Notes under the pieces: generated by a model
The model's database searches: none
What the model saw: only the letters and a program-made list of their open reading frames with translations
Told to the model about the DNA's origin: nothing
Part shown: positions 22,359-35,396 of the stretch, one piece after another
How positions within the stretch are numbered: position 1 is the first letter of the stretch
Layout of the letters: each line of letters opens with the position of its first letter
Position numbers and translations under genes: made by a program
Source: Myxococcota bacterium
GTDB lineage: Bacteria; Myxococcota_A; UBA9160; SZUA-336
NCBI GenBank assembly: GCA_044450765.1
Contig: JBIOJK010000003.1
Span: 19,856 to 83,855 of the forward strand
Direction of reading: 5' to 3'
Length of the DNA: 64,000 nucleotides

Positions 22359-23462
22359 ATGAAGCTCAGCATCGAACGCGAAGAGCTGTTGCGCGGACTC
22401 GGCCGCGTGCAGGCGATCGTCGAGCGAAAAGGGACGATGCCGATCCTGGCGAACGTCCTGATCGAAGCGCGCGACGACGGTCTGACCCTGGCGGCGACGG
22501 ATCTCGAAGTCGCCGTCGTCGCGCGTCACCCCGCGAAGGTGAAGATCGCGGGCTCGGTCACGCTCGGCGCGAAGAAGCTGTACGAGATCGCGCGCGAGCT
22601 CGAGCACCCCGAGGTCTCGCTGGTCGCCGACGACGCGCGAGTCACTCTGACCTGCGGTCCGGCGAAGTTCAATCTCTTGTCGACGTCGCCGGAGGAGTAT
22701 CCGAGCGTTCCGAGCGCGGAGAGCACGACCTTCGCCCAGCTCGACACCGGCCTCGTCGCGGAGCTGATCGACCACACGCTGTACGCCACGTCGAGCGACG
22801 AGACCCGCTACAACCTGAACGGCGTCTTCATCGAGAGCGCCGACGGGAAGCGCGTGCGCTTCGTCGCCACCGACGGCTACCGGATCTCGCTCATCGAGCG
22901 CGCGGTGCCCAACCCGGTGGGCTTCCTGGCGAAGGGCATCATCGTGCCGCGCAAGGGCATCGCCGAGATCCGCAAGCTGTGCGACGAGGCGGACGGCTCG
23001 CTCGAGATCGGCGCCGCCGATGGATTTCTCCACGTGCGCCGGCCCGATCTGTTGCTCACCACGCGGCTGATCGACGGCGAGTTTCCCAACTACCGGCAGA
23101 TACTCCCCAAGAGCCACCGCGTTCGGCTGCTGGTGGAGCGCGAAAAGCTGCTGCACGCGGTGCGGCGCATCGCGCTCATGGCGCACGAGCGGTCGCGCGG
23201 GTTCCGCTTCGTGCTGGCCGACGGACAGCTCGACCTCTCGGCCAGCAACCCCGACCTGGGCGAGGCGCGCGAGCTGCTCCCGGTGGAGTATCAGGGCGAG
23301 CGCTTCGAGACCGCATTCAACGCGCGGTATCTGCTCGACGTGCTCGGTGCGATGACCGCGAAGGAAGTCGCCATCGAGCTCTCCGAGGAGCTCAGCCCGG
23401 CGCAAATCAGGCCTGCGGACGACGCCGATGAGAGCGCCGTCATCATGCCGATGCGGCTGTAG
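22359..23462 (+). CDS. dnaN: DNA polymerase III beta sliding clamp
   Basis: 367 aa with a DnaN three-domain sequence; GGAGG RBS. Confidence 0.95.
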   Translation: MKLSIEREELLRGLGRVQAIVERKGTMPILANVLIEARDDGLTLAATDLEVAVVARHPAKVKIAGSVTLGAKKLYEIARELEHPEVSLVADDARVTLTCGPAKFNLLSTSPEEYPSVPSAESTTFAQLDTGLVAELIDHTLYATSSDETRYNLNGVFIESADGKRVRFVATDGYRISLIERAVPNPVGFLAKGIIVPRKGIAEIRKLCDEADGSLEIGAADGFLHVRRPDLLLTTRLIDGEFPNYRQILPKSHRVRLLVEREKLLHAVRRIALMAHERSRGFRFVLADGQLDLSASNPDLGEARELLPVEYQGERFETAFNARYLLDVLGAMTAKEVAIELSEELSPAQIRPADDADESAVIMPMRL

Positions 23463-26084
<2,622 letters not shown>

Positions 26085-26094
26085 GTCACTGACC

Positions 26095-28578
26095 ATGTCG
26101 GAAACGCCCGAGACTCCCGAGCTCCCGCCGGTCAATCCGCCGACCCCGGTCGCGATCGAAGACGAGATGCGCCGCTCGTTCCTCGACTACTCGATGTCGG
26201 TCATCATCAGCCGCGCGCTGCCCGACGTGCGCGATGGGCTGAAGCCGTCGCAGCGCCGCATCCTGGTCACGTTCAACGACCTGAATCTCTCGAACGATCG
26301 CCCGTACCGGAAGTGCGCCAAGATCTCCGGCGACGTCTCGGGCAACTATCACCCGCACGGCGAAGCCGTCGTCTACCCGTCGCTGGTGCGCCTCGCCCAG
26401 CCGTTCTCGATGCGCTACCCGCTCGTCGACGGCCAGGGCAACTTCGGCTCGATCGACGGCGATCCGCCCGCAGCGATGCGCTACACCGAAGCGCGACTCA
26501 CTCGGATCGCGACCGAGATGCTCGCGGATCTCGAGCGCGAGACCGTCGACTACGTCCCGAACTACGACAACACGCGCAGCGAGCCGATCGTGTTGCCGAC
26601 CCGCATTCCGAATCTGGTCGTGAACGGCTCGTCGGGAATCGCGGTCGGCATGGCCACGAACATCCCGCCGCACAACATCGGCGAGACCGTCGACGCGCTC
26701 GTCATGCTGGCGCAGAACCCGCGCGCCTCGCTCGACGAGCTGATGGAGAAGCTGCCCGGCCCGGACTTCCCCACGGGCGCGCTGATCTGCGGCGCCGGCC
26801 CGATCCGCGAGGCGTACCGCACCGGCCGCGGCCTGCTCACCGTGCGGGCGCGCGCTGCCGTCGAGGAAGCCCGCGGCGGCAAGCAGCGCATCGTCGTCGA
26901 CGAGATCCCGTACATGGTCAACAAGGCGTCGATGATCGAGAAGATCGCCGAGCTGGTGCGCGACGGGCGCATCGACGGGATCTCCGACGTGCGCGACGAG
27001 TCCGACCGCCGCGGCATGCGCGTCGTGGTCGAGCTGAAGAAGGACGCCGACGACCAGGTCGTGCTGAACCAGCTGTTCAAGCTCACCCCGATGCAGACCA
27101 CGTTCGGCGTGAACATGGTCGCGCTGGTGCGCAACCGGCCGCAGACACTCGGCCTGATTCCGCTGCTGCAGCACTTCCTCGACTTCCGCCGCGAGGTCGT
27201 GCGCCGGCGCGCGGCGTTCGACCTGCGCCAGGCCGAGGCGCGCGCACACATCTTGGAAGGCTTCGCGATCGCGCTCGACAACCTGGACGCCGTGATCGCG
27301 CTGATCCGCGCCAGTCAGAGCCCGGCCGAGGCGCGGGCCGGACTCGAGTCACGGTTCGGACTGAGCGAGCGCCAGGCGCAGGCGATCCTCGAGCTGCGCC
27401 TGCAGCGACTGACTGCCATGGAGCGCCAGAAGATCCTCGACGAGCTCGCCGAGGTGCGCGCGCTGATCGAGGAGCTGAAGGCGCTGCTCGCGAGCGACCC
27501 GCTCGTCACCGCCAAGATCATCGAGGAGCTCAGCGAGATCCGCGCGAAGTACGCGGACGAGCGCCGCACCGAGCTGGCCGCGCCGGTCGAGGACTTCACG
27601 ACCGAGGATCTGATCGCGGAAGAGGACATGGTCGTGACGATCACCCACCGCGGCTACGCGAAGCGCCACGTCCCGCGCCTGTACCGGGCTCAGAAGCGCG
27701 GCGGAAAGGGCAAGGTCGCCGCATCCACGGCCGACGAGGACTTCGTCGAGCAAGTCATCGTCGCCTCGACTCACGCCTATCTGCTCTGTTTCACGAATCT
27801 CGGCCGCGTCTACTGGCTGAAGGTCTTCGAGCTGCCCGAGCTCTCGCGCGCCGCCAAGGGAAAGGCGCTGGTGAACCTGCTGCGCCTGGGCGAAGGCGAG
27901 CGCATCCAGGCGATCCTGCCGGTGCGCAACTTCGACGAAGGCGGCTTCGTCGTGCTGGCGACGCGCCAGGGCACGATCAAGAAGACGGAGCTCGCGGCGT
28001 TCTCGAACCCGCGCCCGAGCGGCATCATCGCGCTCAACATCTCCGAGGGCGACGAGCTGATCGCCGCCGCGCGCACCACCGGCGCAGAAGAAATTCTATT
28101 GGCGACTCAGGACGGCAAGTCGATCCGCTTCAAGGAAGAGCAAGTCCGCCCGATGGGCCGCAGCGCCACCGGCGTGCGCGGCATCTCCACGCGCGAGGGC
28201 GACGCCACCGTCGGCATGGAAGTCCTGAAGCCCGGCAAGACGATCCTCACGGTGAGTGAGAACGGCTTCGGCAAGCGGACGCCGCTCGAGGACTACCGCG
28301 AGCAGAACCGCGGCGGGCAGGGAATCATCACGATCAAGACGAGCGAGCGGAACGGCCAGGTCGTCGGGATCCTGCAAGTGAGTGACGGCGACGAGATCAT
28401 GCTGATCACGAACGGCGGGAAGATGATTCGCACGCGCGTCGCCGAGATTCCCACGATGAGCCGCAACACGCAGGGCGTGCGCCTGATGGAGCCGTCCGAC
28501 GGCGAACGCGTCGTCTCGGTCGCGAAGCTCGCCGAAGAGCCCGACGACGAGATTGACTCGGGAGCGGAAGGCCCGTGA
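26095..28578 (+). CDS. gyrA: DNA gyrase subunit A
   Basis: Active-site region and QRDR (HPHGEAVVY), a GyrA-box beta-pinwheel C-terminal domain and an acidic tail. Confidence 0.95.
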   Translation: MSETPETPELPPVNPPTPVAIEDEMRRSFLDYSMSVIISRALPDVRDGLKPSQRRILVTFNDLNLSNDRPYRKCAKISGDVSGNYHPHGEAVVYPSLVRLAQPFSMRYPLVDGQGNFGSIDGDPPAAMRYTEARLTRIATEMLADLERETVDYVPNYDNTRSEPIVLPTRIPNLVVNGSSGIAVGMATNIPPHNIGETVDALVMLAQNPRASLDELMEKLPGPDFPTGALICGAGPIREAYRTGRGLLTVRARAAVEEARGGKQRIVVDEIPYMVNKASMIEKIAELVRDGRIDGISDVRDESDRRGMRVVVELKKDADDQVVLNQLFKLTPMQTTFGVNMVALVRNRPQTLGLIPLLQHFLDFRREVVRRRAAFDLRQAEARAHILEGFAIALDNLDAVIALIRASQSPAEARAGLESRFGLSERQAQAILELRLQRLTAMERQKILDELAEVRALIEELKALLASDPLVTAKIIEELSEIRAKYADERRTELAAPVEDFTTEDLIAEEDMVVTITHRGYAKRHVPRLYRAQKRGGKGKVAASTADEDFVEQVIVASTHAYLLCFTNLGRVYWLKVFELPELSRAAKGKALVNLLRLGEGERIQAILPVRNFDEGGFVVLATRQGTIKKTELAAFSNPRPSGIIALNISEGDELIAAARTTGAEEILLATQDGKSIRFKEEQVRPMGRSATGVRGISTREGDATVGMEVLKPGKTILTVSENGFGKRTPLEDYREQNRGGQGIITIKTSERNGQVVGILQVSDGDEIMLITNGGKMIRTRVAEIPTMSRNTQGVRLMEPSDGERVVSVAKLAEEPDDEIDSGAEGP

Positions 28579-29858
28579 AGACGGGGCGCTCGAAGCGCCT
28601 CATGAAGCGCGGCCGCGAGGTGATTCCCGGCGGCGTGAACAGTCCGGTGCGCGCGTTCGGGTACGTCGGCGGTCACGCGCGTTTCATCCGCTCGGCGTCG
28701 GGCGCGCGCATCGAGGACGAGGACGGCAACCGCTACGTCGACTGGGTCGCCTCCTGGGGCGCGATCCTCGTGGGTCACGCGCACCCGATCGTGCTCGAGG
28801 CGGTGCGCGCCGCGGCCGCGCGCGGCACCAGCTTCGGAGCGCCGACCGAAGCCGAGATCGCGCTCGCGGAACGCGTGGTCGAGCTCGTGCCGGGCGTCGA
28901 GATGTTGCGGCTCGTGTCGTCGGGGACCGAGGCCACGATGAGCGCGATCCGCCTCGGGCGCGGCGCCACCGGACGCGATCGGATCGTGAAGTTCGAGGGC
29001 TGCTACCACGGTCACCCCGACCACATGCTGGCGGCCGCCGGCTCCGGCGTTGCGACGCTCGGCATCCCGGGCACCGACGGCGTGCCGCGCGCCGCCGTCG
29101 CGGACACGATCGTGCTGCCGTTCAACGACCTCGCTCGCGTCGAGGCGCTGTTCGCCGAGCGGGGAGGCGAGATCGCCGGCGTGATCGTCGAGCCGGTCGC
29201 CGCGAACATGGGCTTGGTGCTGCCCGCCGAGGGCTTCCTGCGCGGCCTGCGCGCGCTCTGCGACCGACACGGATCTGTGTTGATCTTCGACGAGGTCATC
29301 ACCGGCTTTCGCGTCGCGCTCGGCGGCGCGCAAGCGCGCTACGGAGTGATTCCCGATCTGTCGACCTTCGGCAAAGTGATTGGCGGGGGGCTGCCCGTCG
29401 GCGCGTACGGCGGTCGGCGCGCACTGCTCGAGCGCATGGCGCCCGAGGGGCCCGTCTACCAGGCCGGCACGCTCTCCGGAAATCCGCTCGCCACCGCGGC
29501 CGGTCTGGCGGTGCTCGAGCTCGCGAGCCGACCCGGCACTTACGACGCGCTCGAGCTCACCGCGACGCGGGTCGCGCAGGGGCTCGAGCGGCTGGCGCGC
29601 GAGTCCGGCGTTCCCTTCAGCGCGAGCGCCGTCGGCGGGCTGTTCGGCTTCTTCTTTCACCCCGGGCCGGTGACGAGCTACGCGGACGCGCAGAAGGCCG
29701 ACGCCGCGCGCTTCCGGACCTTCTTCCACGCGATGCTCGAGCAGGGCATCTACCTGGCGCCCTCGCCCTTCGAGGCCGGCTTCGTGACTGCCGCGCACGG
29801 CGACGCGGAGATCGACGAGACTCTCGAAGCGGCGCGCCGCGCGTTCCGGAAGATCTGA
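28575..29858 (+). CDS. hemL: Glutamate-1-semialdehyde 2,1-aminomutase
   Basis: Class III aminotransferase with HemL-specific N-terminus ([10 protein letters not shown]). The GTG overlaps the gyrA stop. Confidence 0.9.
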   Translation: MKTGRSKRLMKRGREVIPGGVNSPVRAFGYVGGHARFIRSASGARIEDEDGNRYVDWVASWGAILVGHAHPIVLEAVRAAAARGTSFGAPTEAEIALAERVVELVPGVEMLRLVSSGTEATMSAIRLGRGATGRDRIVKFEGCYHGHPDHMLAAAGSGVATLGIPGTDGVPRAAVADTIVLPFNDLARVEALFAERGGEIAGVIVEPVAANMGLVLPAEGFLRGLRALCDRHGSVLIFDEVITGFRVALGGAQARYGVIPDLSTFGKVIGGGLPVGAYGGRRALLERMAPEGPVYQAGTLSGNPLATAAGLAVLELASRPGTYDALELTATRVAQGLERLARESGVPFSASAVGGLFGFFFHPGPVTSYADAQKADAARFRTFFHAMLEQGIYLAPSPFEAGFVTAAHGDAEIDETLEAARRAFRKI

Positions 29859-29905
29859 CCCGCGTGGAGCCCGAGCGCCGCCCGCCGCGCCTCAGTCCGA
29901 TCAAG

Positions 29906-30094
29906 ATGGGCCGCGGCGCCGAGACCGCCTGGGAGGCGGCGCTCTCGGTCGTGGTCGGCGTGGTGCTCGGAATCTTCGTGGACAAGTGGACGGGACTCTC
30001 GCCGATCTTCACGTTCGTGTTTCTGCTGCTCGGCGTGGTGAACGCATTCCGCCGCTTGATCGCGCTGGCGAAGTCGAACGCGCCTCCACCGTGA
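29906..30094 (+). CDS. AtpZ/AtpR-like small two-TM protein (putative F0F1-ATPase-associated subunit)
   Basis: 62 aa (MGRGAETAWEAALSVVVGVVLGIFVDKW...) immediately upstream of atpI. Confidence 0.5.
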   Translation: MGRGAETAWEAALSVVVGVVLGIFVDKWTGLSPIFTFVFLLLGVVNAFRRLIALAKSNAPPP

Positions 30095-30450
30095 GTCCTC
30101 TCCGCAGCGCTTCGTTGCAGGTCAAGCACGCGCTGCTTCTCGCGCTTGCAATCGCGGGGGCGATTCCGTATGGATGCCACGCCGTTTTGAGCCTGGCTCT
30201 GGCGGGAGGGATCCAGGTCGTGAATCTCGCGGTCTTAGAGGGCAGCGTGCGCCTCGTGATCGGCGGACGGGCCGCGCGTCCGGCCGCACAGCTCGTGCTG
30301 TTCCTGCGACTGCTCTTGCTCGGCGCCGCGGTCTTCGCGGCGCTCGGCTACGCGGGCGCGGCGCCGGCGCCGTTCGTGATCGGGCTGCTCGCCGTAGTGC
30401 CGGCCGCGCTCTGGCACGGCGCGAGCCGCGCGGTCGAATCGAGTCAGTGA
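30091..30450 (+). CDS. atpI: ATP synthase protein I (AtpI-like)
   Basis: Hydrophobic, about 119 aa. Its GTG overlaps the atpZ stop and its stop overlaps the atpB ATG. Confidence 0.6.
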   Translation: MSPLRSASLQVKHALLLALAIAGAIPYGCHAVLSLALAGGIQVVNLAVLEGSVRLVIGGRAARPAAQLVLFLRLLLLGAAVFAALGYAGAAPAPFVIGLLAVVPAALWHGASRAVESSQ

Positions 30451-31145
30451 TGCACCACGCCCCGACCATCTACGGCGCGCTCGAGGCCTCCGTCCCGGTG
30501 ATCGTGCAGACGGTGGTTGCCGCCGTGTTGATCACGCTGCTGGTCGCGTGGCGGGTCGGCGCGAGCATCGGTCCCGACGCCCTCGTGCCCGACGCGCGGT
30601 TCTCGCTGCGCAACGTCGTGGAGGTGCTGTTCGAGGGCATCTGCTCGCTCGCGCACGACGCGATCGGCCACGACTGGAAGAAATACATGCCGCTGCTCGG
30701 GACGCTCGGCCTGTTCATCCTGATCGCGAATCTGATGGGCACCGTGCCGGGCCTGGGCGGGCCGACGTCGTACGTCGAGACGAATCTCTCCTGGGCGATC
30801 CTCTCGGTCGTGACTTCCGAAGTCGCCGCGATGCGCGTGAACGGGATCGCAGGCTGGGCCAAACACATGGCTCCGGGACCCTGGTGGCTCGCGCCGCTGA
30901 TGTTCCCCGTCGAGCTGTTCAGTCACTTGGTCCGCTTCGTGTCGCTCACGATCCGGCTCACGGCCAACATGTTCGCCGACCACACGCTGGTGGCGATCTT
31001 CGTCGGCGGCTTCGGCGCCACGGTTGCGATCCTGTTTCCGTGGATCGTGCTCGCACTCAGCGTCTTCGTCTGCTTCGTGCAGGCGTTCATATTCACGTTC
31101 CTCACGATGCTCTACATAGGTTTGGGCACCGAGGAATCTCACTGA
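30450..31145 (+). CDS. atpB: ATP synthase F0 subunit a
   Basis: Conserved Arg helix (LTIRLTANMFADH), 231 aa. Confidence 0.9.
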   Translation: MHHAPTIYGALEASVPVIVQTVVAAVLITLLVAWRVGASIGPDALVPDARFSLRNVVEVLFEGICSLAHDAIGHDWKKYMPLLGTLGLFILIANLMGTVPGLGGPTSYVETNLSWAILSVVTSEVAAMRVNGIAGWAKHMAPGPWWLAPLMFPVELFSHLVRFVSLTIRLTANMFADHTLVAIFVGGFGATVAILFPWIVLALSVFVCFVQAFIFTFLTMLYIGLGTEESH

Positions 31146-31156
31146 AAGGAAGTGGA

Positions 31157-31462
31157 ATGCGCGCGCTTTACTTCGCTCTGGCTCTCGTCGCTCTGTGTCT
31201 CGCCCCGGACCTCGCGTTCGCGGCGGAGGAGGGCGCCGCGGGCGGGAGCATGGCGATCGGCGCCGGCCTCGCGATCGGACTCGCGGTGCTCGGCGCGGGC
31301 ATCGGCCAGGGACTCACTGCGGGCAACGCTGCGGCGGGTGTCGCGCGGAATCCCGGTGCCGCGGGCGCGATCCAGACGCTGATGATCATCGGCCTCGCGC
31401 TGATCGAGTCGATCGCGCTGCTCGCGTTCGTGATCGCGTTCCTGATCCAGGGCAAATTCTAG
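31157..31462 (+). CDS. atpE: ATP synthase F0 subunit c, with an N-terminal signal-like extension
   Basis: GAGIGQG loop and the proton-binding Glu in IESIALLAFVIAF. An extra roughly 30-aa hydrophobic leader precedes it. Confidence 0.9.
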   Translation: MRALYFALALVALCLAPDLAFAAEEGAAGGSMAIGAGLAIGLAVLGAGIGQGLTAGNAAAGVARNPGAAGAIQTLMIIGLALIESIALLAFVIAFLIQGKF

Positions 31463-31486
31463 AACCGATCGCCCGGTTCACCTCGA

Positions 31487-31529
31487 AGCGCTCGCGCGTT
31501 CACAGAGACGCGCGGGCGCTCTCGTTTTT
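31487..31529 (+). terminator. Rho-independent terminator after atpE
   Basis: 12-bp GC stem with one mismatch (AGCGCTCGCGCG / CGCGCGGGCGCT), a 10-nt loop, then CTCGTTTTT. Confidence 0.5.
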
Positions 31530-31612
31530 CGCGCACTTCGCCGCGGCACGGCCGTTGCTGAAGCAGACGGCCGGGTGGAACGGGATGCCCTTTCACGGGA
31601 CCAGGGATCCCC

Positions 31613-31692
31613 GGAAGCCCATGCCGGATGGGGATACGGGGAATGGCGTGCGATCAACGGGGTGAGGCGTGCGCCTTCCCCATCCGGCTTCC
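31613..31692 (+). ncRNA. Long imperfect hairpin in the tmk leader; its right arm ends 1 nt before the tmk Shine-Dalgarno
   Basis: GGAAGCC(catg)CCGGATGGGGA, a 42-nt loop, then TCCCCATCCGGCTTCC. The loop contains a GGCGTGCG direct repeat. Confidence 0.3.
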
Positions 31693-31710
31693 AGGAGAGA
31701 GACTCCCGCG

Positions 31711-32322
31711 GTGGGCGCTGTGAGCAGACGCGGCCGGTTCATCGTCTTCGAGGGCATCGACGGCTCGGGGAAGTCCGAGCAGGTGCGCCGCCTGGCCACC
31801 TGGCTTCGCGCGGAGCGACACGCTGTGGTGTCAACGCGCGAGCCCACCGACGGCGAGTGGGGCCGGACCTACCGCGCGTGGGGGCGGGGCGAGTTCGAGG
31901 CCGCGCCAGACGAGGTGCTCGGCTGGTTTCTCGCAGACCGGCGCGAGCACGTGGCGGGGGTGATTCGCCCGGCGCTCGAGCGCGGCGAGGTCGTCGTCTG
32001 CGATCGCTACCGCGACTCGACGCGCGCCTACCAGGCGGCGCAGGGGATCGACCGCGTGCGATTGCGCGAGCTGTTCGCGGCCGCGGAGTTTCCCGAGCCC
32101 GATCTCGTGCTCTGGCTGCGCGTGCCGGTCGCGACCGCGCTCGCGCGCATGGGGAAGGCGGCGGAGGAGCGCTTCGAGCGCGCCGATTTCCTGTTCCGCG
32201 TCGACGCCGAGTACGAGCGCTTGGGACTCACTCCGCTCGATGCGAGCGGCGATCCCGACGCCGTCGAGCGGGCGGTCCGCGCGCGCGTGGAGCGCGTGCT
32301 CGGGGACGCCGTCGTTCCTTGA
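31711..32322 (+). CDS. tmk: Thymidylate kinase
   Basis: P-loop (FIVFEGIDGSGKS) and a DRY-like motif. Start set to the GTG at 31711, which follows an AGGAGA RBS; the ORF track starts earlier, at 31669. Confidence 0.8.
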   Translation: MGAVSRRGRFIVFEGIDGSGKSEQVRRLATWLRAERHAVVSTREPTDGEWGRTYRAWGRGEFEAAPDEVLGWFLADRREHVAGVIRPALERGEVVVCDRYRDSTRAYQAAQGIDRVRLRELFAAAEFPEPDLVLWLRVPVATALARMGKAAEERFERADFLFRVDAEYERLGLTPLDASGDPDAVERAVRARVERVLGDAVVP

Positions 32323-32353
32323 CCGGGCGCCCGCGTCGCGGGACTCTGCGCGC

Positions 32354-32974
32354 GTGGATCCGGTCGCATTCGTGGTCGCGGGCAGCGCAGTCACCTGGAC
32401 GGAGCTCGTCGGTGACGCCACCGGGCTGGCGTGCGTCTATCTCGTGGCGCGGGCCAACATCTGGAACTGGCCGCTCGGGATCGCGAATACGCTGCTCTTC
32501 TTCGCCGTGTTCGCACGCGCGCGGCTGTACGGCGACGCGCTGCTCCAGGTCGTCTTCGCAGCGCTGAACGGGTACGGCTGGTGGCTCTGGACCCGGCCCG
32601 GCGAGCGCGGCGGAGGGCTGCCCGTGCGGCGCGCCGCGCCGGTCGAGCTCGCCGGCTACGCGGCCGTGTCTCTCGCGGGCACCGCGCTCGCCGCGCTGAT
32701 CCTCGCGCGCAAGACCGACTCACCCGTTCCGCTGTGGGACGCGAGCGTGCTCGTGCTGAGTCTGGTGGCCACGTACGCGCAGGCCGAGAAGGTCGTCGAA
32801 TCGTGGGGGCTGTGGATCGCCGTGGACGTGATCTCGGTGCCGCTCTACGTCGCGCGCGCGCTCTACCCGACGGCCCTTCTGTACGCGCTGTTTCTGCTGC
32901 TCTGCGTCCTCGGTCTGCGCGAGTGGATGCGGCTCCTGCGCGAGCAGCGCGCGCTCGCGGGGCCGGCGCCGTGA
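32354..32974 (+). CDS. pnuC: Nicotinamide riboside transporter PnuC
   Basis: Multi-TM with Trp-rich PnuC motifs (ANIWNWPLGIANTLLFF, NGYGWWLW). Confidence 0.7.
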   Translation: MDPVAFVVAGSAVTWTELVGDATGLACVYLVARANIWNWPLGIANTLLFFAVFARARLYGDALLQVVFAALNGYGWWLWTRPGERGGGLPVRRAAPVELAGYAAVSLAGTALAALILARKTDSPVPLWDASVLVLSLVATYAQAEKVVESWGLWIAVDVISVPLYVARALYPTALLYALFLLLCVLGLREWMRLLREQRALAGPAP

Positions 32975-33936
32975 AGGCGAAGCACGGCCTGGTGCGCGGC
33001 CGCTTCCATCCGCCGCACGCGGGCCATCACTTGTTGGTGCGCACGGCGGCGCGCGCGTGCGAGCGCGTCACCGTGCAGGTCGTCGCGGCGCCGGGCGAGC
33101 GGATTCCGCTGGAGCGACGCGCAGCCTGGCTGCGCGAAGTTCACACCCCCGAGCCAAACGTCGAAGTCACTTGCCTCGCGGAGGTCGCCGCCGTCGACGC
33201 CCTCTTCAGCGAGGACACGATCGGGCCTGGCCTGCTGCCGGTGTCGAGTGCGCAGGTTCGCAGTGACCCGATCGCCTTCTGGGAGTATCTCGCGCCGCCG
33301 GTGCGGGCCGACCTCGCGAAGCGGGTCGTGATCATCGGCGCCGAGTCGACGGGCAAGACCACGCTCGCGCGCGAGCTGCGCGACCGACTCGCCGCGCGCG
33401 GCGGCGCGTTCGCCGAGACGCGCTGGGTCTCCGAGCTCGGCCGCGACTACACGCTCGAGAAGCTCGCGCTCGCGCGCGCCGAGGCTGGCTCGGGCGCCCT
33501 CCGACCCGGCATGGACGACCTGACCTGGACGACCGGCGACTTCGTCGCGATCGCGCGCGGACAGAACGCACTCGAAGCGAGCGAGGCGCGGGCCGGCGGG
33601 CCCGTTCTCGTCTGCGACACGGATACCTTCGCGACCGCCGTCTGGCACGAGCGCTACCTGGATCGGCGCGCCGCGGAAGTCGAGTCGCTCGCCATCGCGC
33701 GCCCCTCGCTCTATCTCGTGACTCACCCCGACGACGTCCCGTTCGCCGCGGACGAGATCCGCGACGGCGAGCATCTGCGCGCGTGGATGACCGAGCGATT
33801 CGTCGAGCGACTGCGCGCGAGCCCGCACCGCTTCGAGCTGCTGCGAGGCTCGCGGGCCGAGCGGGTCGCGCACGCGTGCGCCGCAGTCGACCGCTGGCTG
33901 ACCGGCGCGTTCGCGGGTGATTTCGGCCTTGGCTAG
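32971..33936 (+). CDS. nadR: NadR-type bifunctional NMN adenylyltransferase / ribosylnicotinamide kinase, lacking an HTH
   Basis: HxGH motif (GRFHPPHAGH) N-terminal and a P-loop (GAESTGKTT) C-terminal. The GTG overlaps the pnuC stop. Confidence 0.75.
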   Translation: MKAKHGLVRGRFHPPHAGHHLLVRTAARACERVTVQVVAAPGERIPLERRAAWLREVHTPEPNVEVTCLAEVAAVDALFSEDTIGPGLLPVSSAQVRSDPIAFWEYLAPPVRADLAKRVVIIGAESTGKTTLARELRDRLAARGGAFAETRWVSELGRDYTLEKLALARAEAGSGALRPGMDDLTWTTGDFVAIARGQNALEASEARAGGPVLVCDTDTFATAVWHERYLDRRAAEVESLAIARPSLYLVTHPDDVPFAADEIRDGEHLRAWMTERFVERLRASPHRFELLRGSRAERVAHACAAVDRWLTGAFAGDFGLG

Positions 33937-34627
33937 CGTGCTCGGAGTCGATGGCTGCAACGGCGGCTGGATCGCGGCCTCGCGCGAGCGCGGAGTGATT
34001 CGCTGCCGCCGCGTCGCGCGGCTCGAGGAGCTGTTTCTCGGCGGCGCGGCGCCCGACGTCGTCGCCGTCGACATTCCGATCGGACTGCCGGAGCGCGGCG
34101 CGCGGGCCTGTGACGTCGCGGCGCGCGCGCTGCTGGGCCGAGCGCGAGCCTCGAGCGTCTTTCCCGCTCCGCTGCGCGCGCTGCTCGAGGTCGACTCCTA
34201 CGAGGAAGCGTCGCGGCTGCGCGAGCGCCTCGAGCGCAAGCGCATCTCGAAGCAGACCTGGATGATCGTGCCGAAGATCGCCGAGGTCGATCGCTTGCTG
34301 CGCCGCAGCGCGGAGGCGCGCGCGGCGGTCCGCGAGGTCCACCCCGAGGTCTGCTTCTACTACCTGAACGGCGAGCGGTCGTTGGCGGCGCCCAAGCGGA
34401 AGCCCGCCGGGCACGACGAGAGACTCGCGCTGCTCCGCGGCTGGTGCGGCGACGCCGCGGACCGCGCGCTCGCGGACCGCCGGCGACTCACTTGCCAGGC
34501 CGACGACGTGCTCGACGCCTTCGCCGCGCTCTGGAGCGCGGAGCGGATCGCCGCGGGAATCGCCGTGGTTCACCCCGCGAACCCCGAGCTCGACCGGCAG
34601 GGACTGCCGATGTCGATCAGCGCCTAG
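33917..34627 (+). CDS. DUF429-family protein (predicted RNase H-like fold)
   Basis: N-terminal GVDGCNGGW motif, 236 aa. Overlaps the nadR 3' end by 20 nt. Confidence 0.65.
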   Translation: MISALASVLGVDGCNGGWIAASRERGVIRCRRVARLEELFLGGAAPDVVAVDIPIGLPERGARACDVAARALLGRARASSVFPAPLRALLEVDSYEEASRLRERLERKRISKQTWMIVPKIAEVDRLLRRSAEARAAVREVHPEVCFYYLNGERSLAAPKRKPAGHDERLALLRGWCGDAADRALADRRRLTCQADDVLDAFAALWSAERIAAGIAVVHPANPELDRQGLPMSISA

Positions 34628-35387
34628 CGCGGAAGGGCTCTGCCAGCATCGCGCCGAGCGAGCGGGGGTCGCCGGTCGCGCCGTCGGGCAGGCCGAGCGC
34701 GAAGTGATCGGCCGACGCGCTCGCGTGCGCGCTGCGGCCGAGTCGGTCCCAGAAGCTGAAGATCGTCCCGTAGTTCGAGTCGTGTTCGCTGCGCAACACC
34801 GAGTGGTGTCGGCGGTGCAGCGCCGGGGTGATCAGCGCGAGACCGACGGCGCGCTCCAGCCGCGCCGGCAGATCGAGGCTGCCGTGCTCGAGCGCGTTGG
34901 CAGCGCCAAACAGGGCCTCGAAGAGCACGACGCCGGCGATCGGCGCGCCCAGCAGCGCGATCGCAGTCAGTCGCACCGGGACCGACAGCAGGATCTCGCC
35001 CGCGTGAAAGCGCAGCGCCGTCGACACGTGAACCGCCGGGTCGGCATGGTGCACGCGGTGGAAGCGCCAGAGAACCGGAAGCGAGTGGTTCGCGCGGTGC
35101 CAGAGATACGAGACGAAGTCGAGCCCGAACACCGTCGCGGCCAGCGCGAGCGCGAAGGGCGCGCCGGCGGCGTGAAGGAGGCCGAACGCGTGTGCCTCCG
35201 CCCAGGCCGCCACTTGCCACTCCGCTCCGCGGAACGCGAGCGCGCGCAGAGTCAGCGCCACGAGCCACACGCCGAGGTTCACGGTCCAGGTCGGGCGGAG
35301 CGGCTCGTGCGGCGAGATTCGCTCGCACGCGAATCCCAGCGCGAGCGCCGCAGCCACCGAGGCCGAGACGGCGACGTCGGGCGACAC
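34617..35387 (-). CDS. Fatty-acid hydroxylase / sterol desaturase superfamily membrane protein
   Basis: Three His boxes (HRANH, HRVHH, HRRHH) in an integral-membrane context. Confidence 0.75.
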   Translation of the reverse strand: MSPDVAVSASVAAALALGFACERISPHEPLRPTWTVNLGVWLVALTLRALAFRGAEWQVAAWAEAHAFGLLHAAGAPFALALAATVFGLDFVSYLWHRANHSLPVLWRFHRVHHADPAVHVSTALRFHAGEILLSVPVRLTAIALLGAPIAGVVLFEALFGAANALEHGSLDLPARLERAVGLALITPALHRRHHSVLRSEHDSNYGTIFSFWDRLGRSAHASASADHFALGLPDGATGDPRSLGAMLAEPFRARR

Positions 35388-35396
35388 CCGCGCGGT

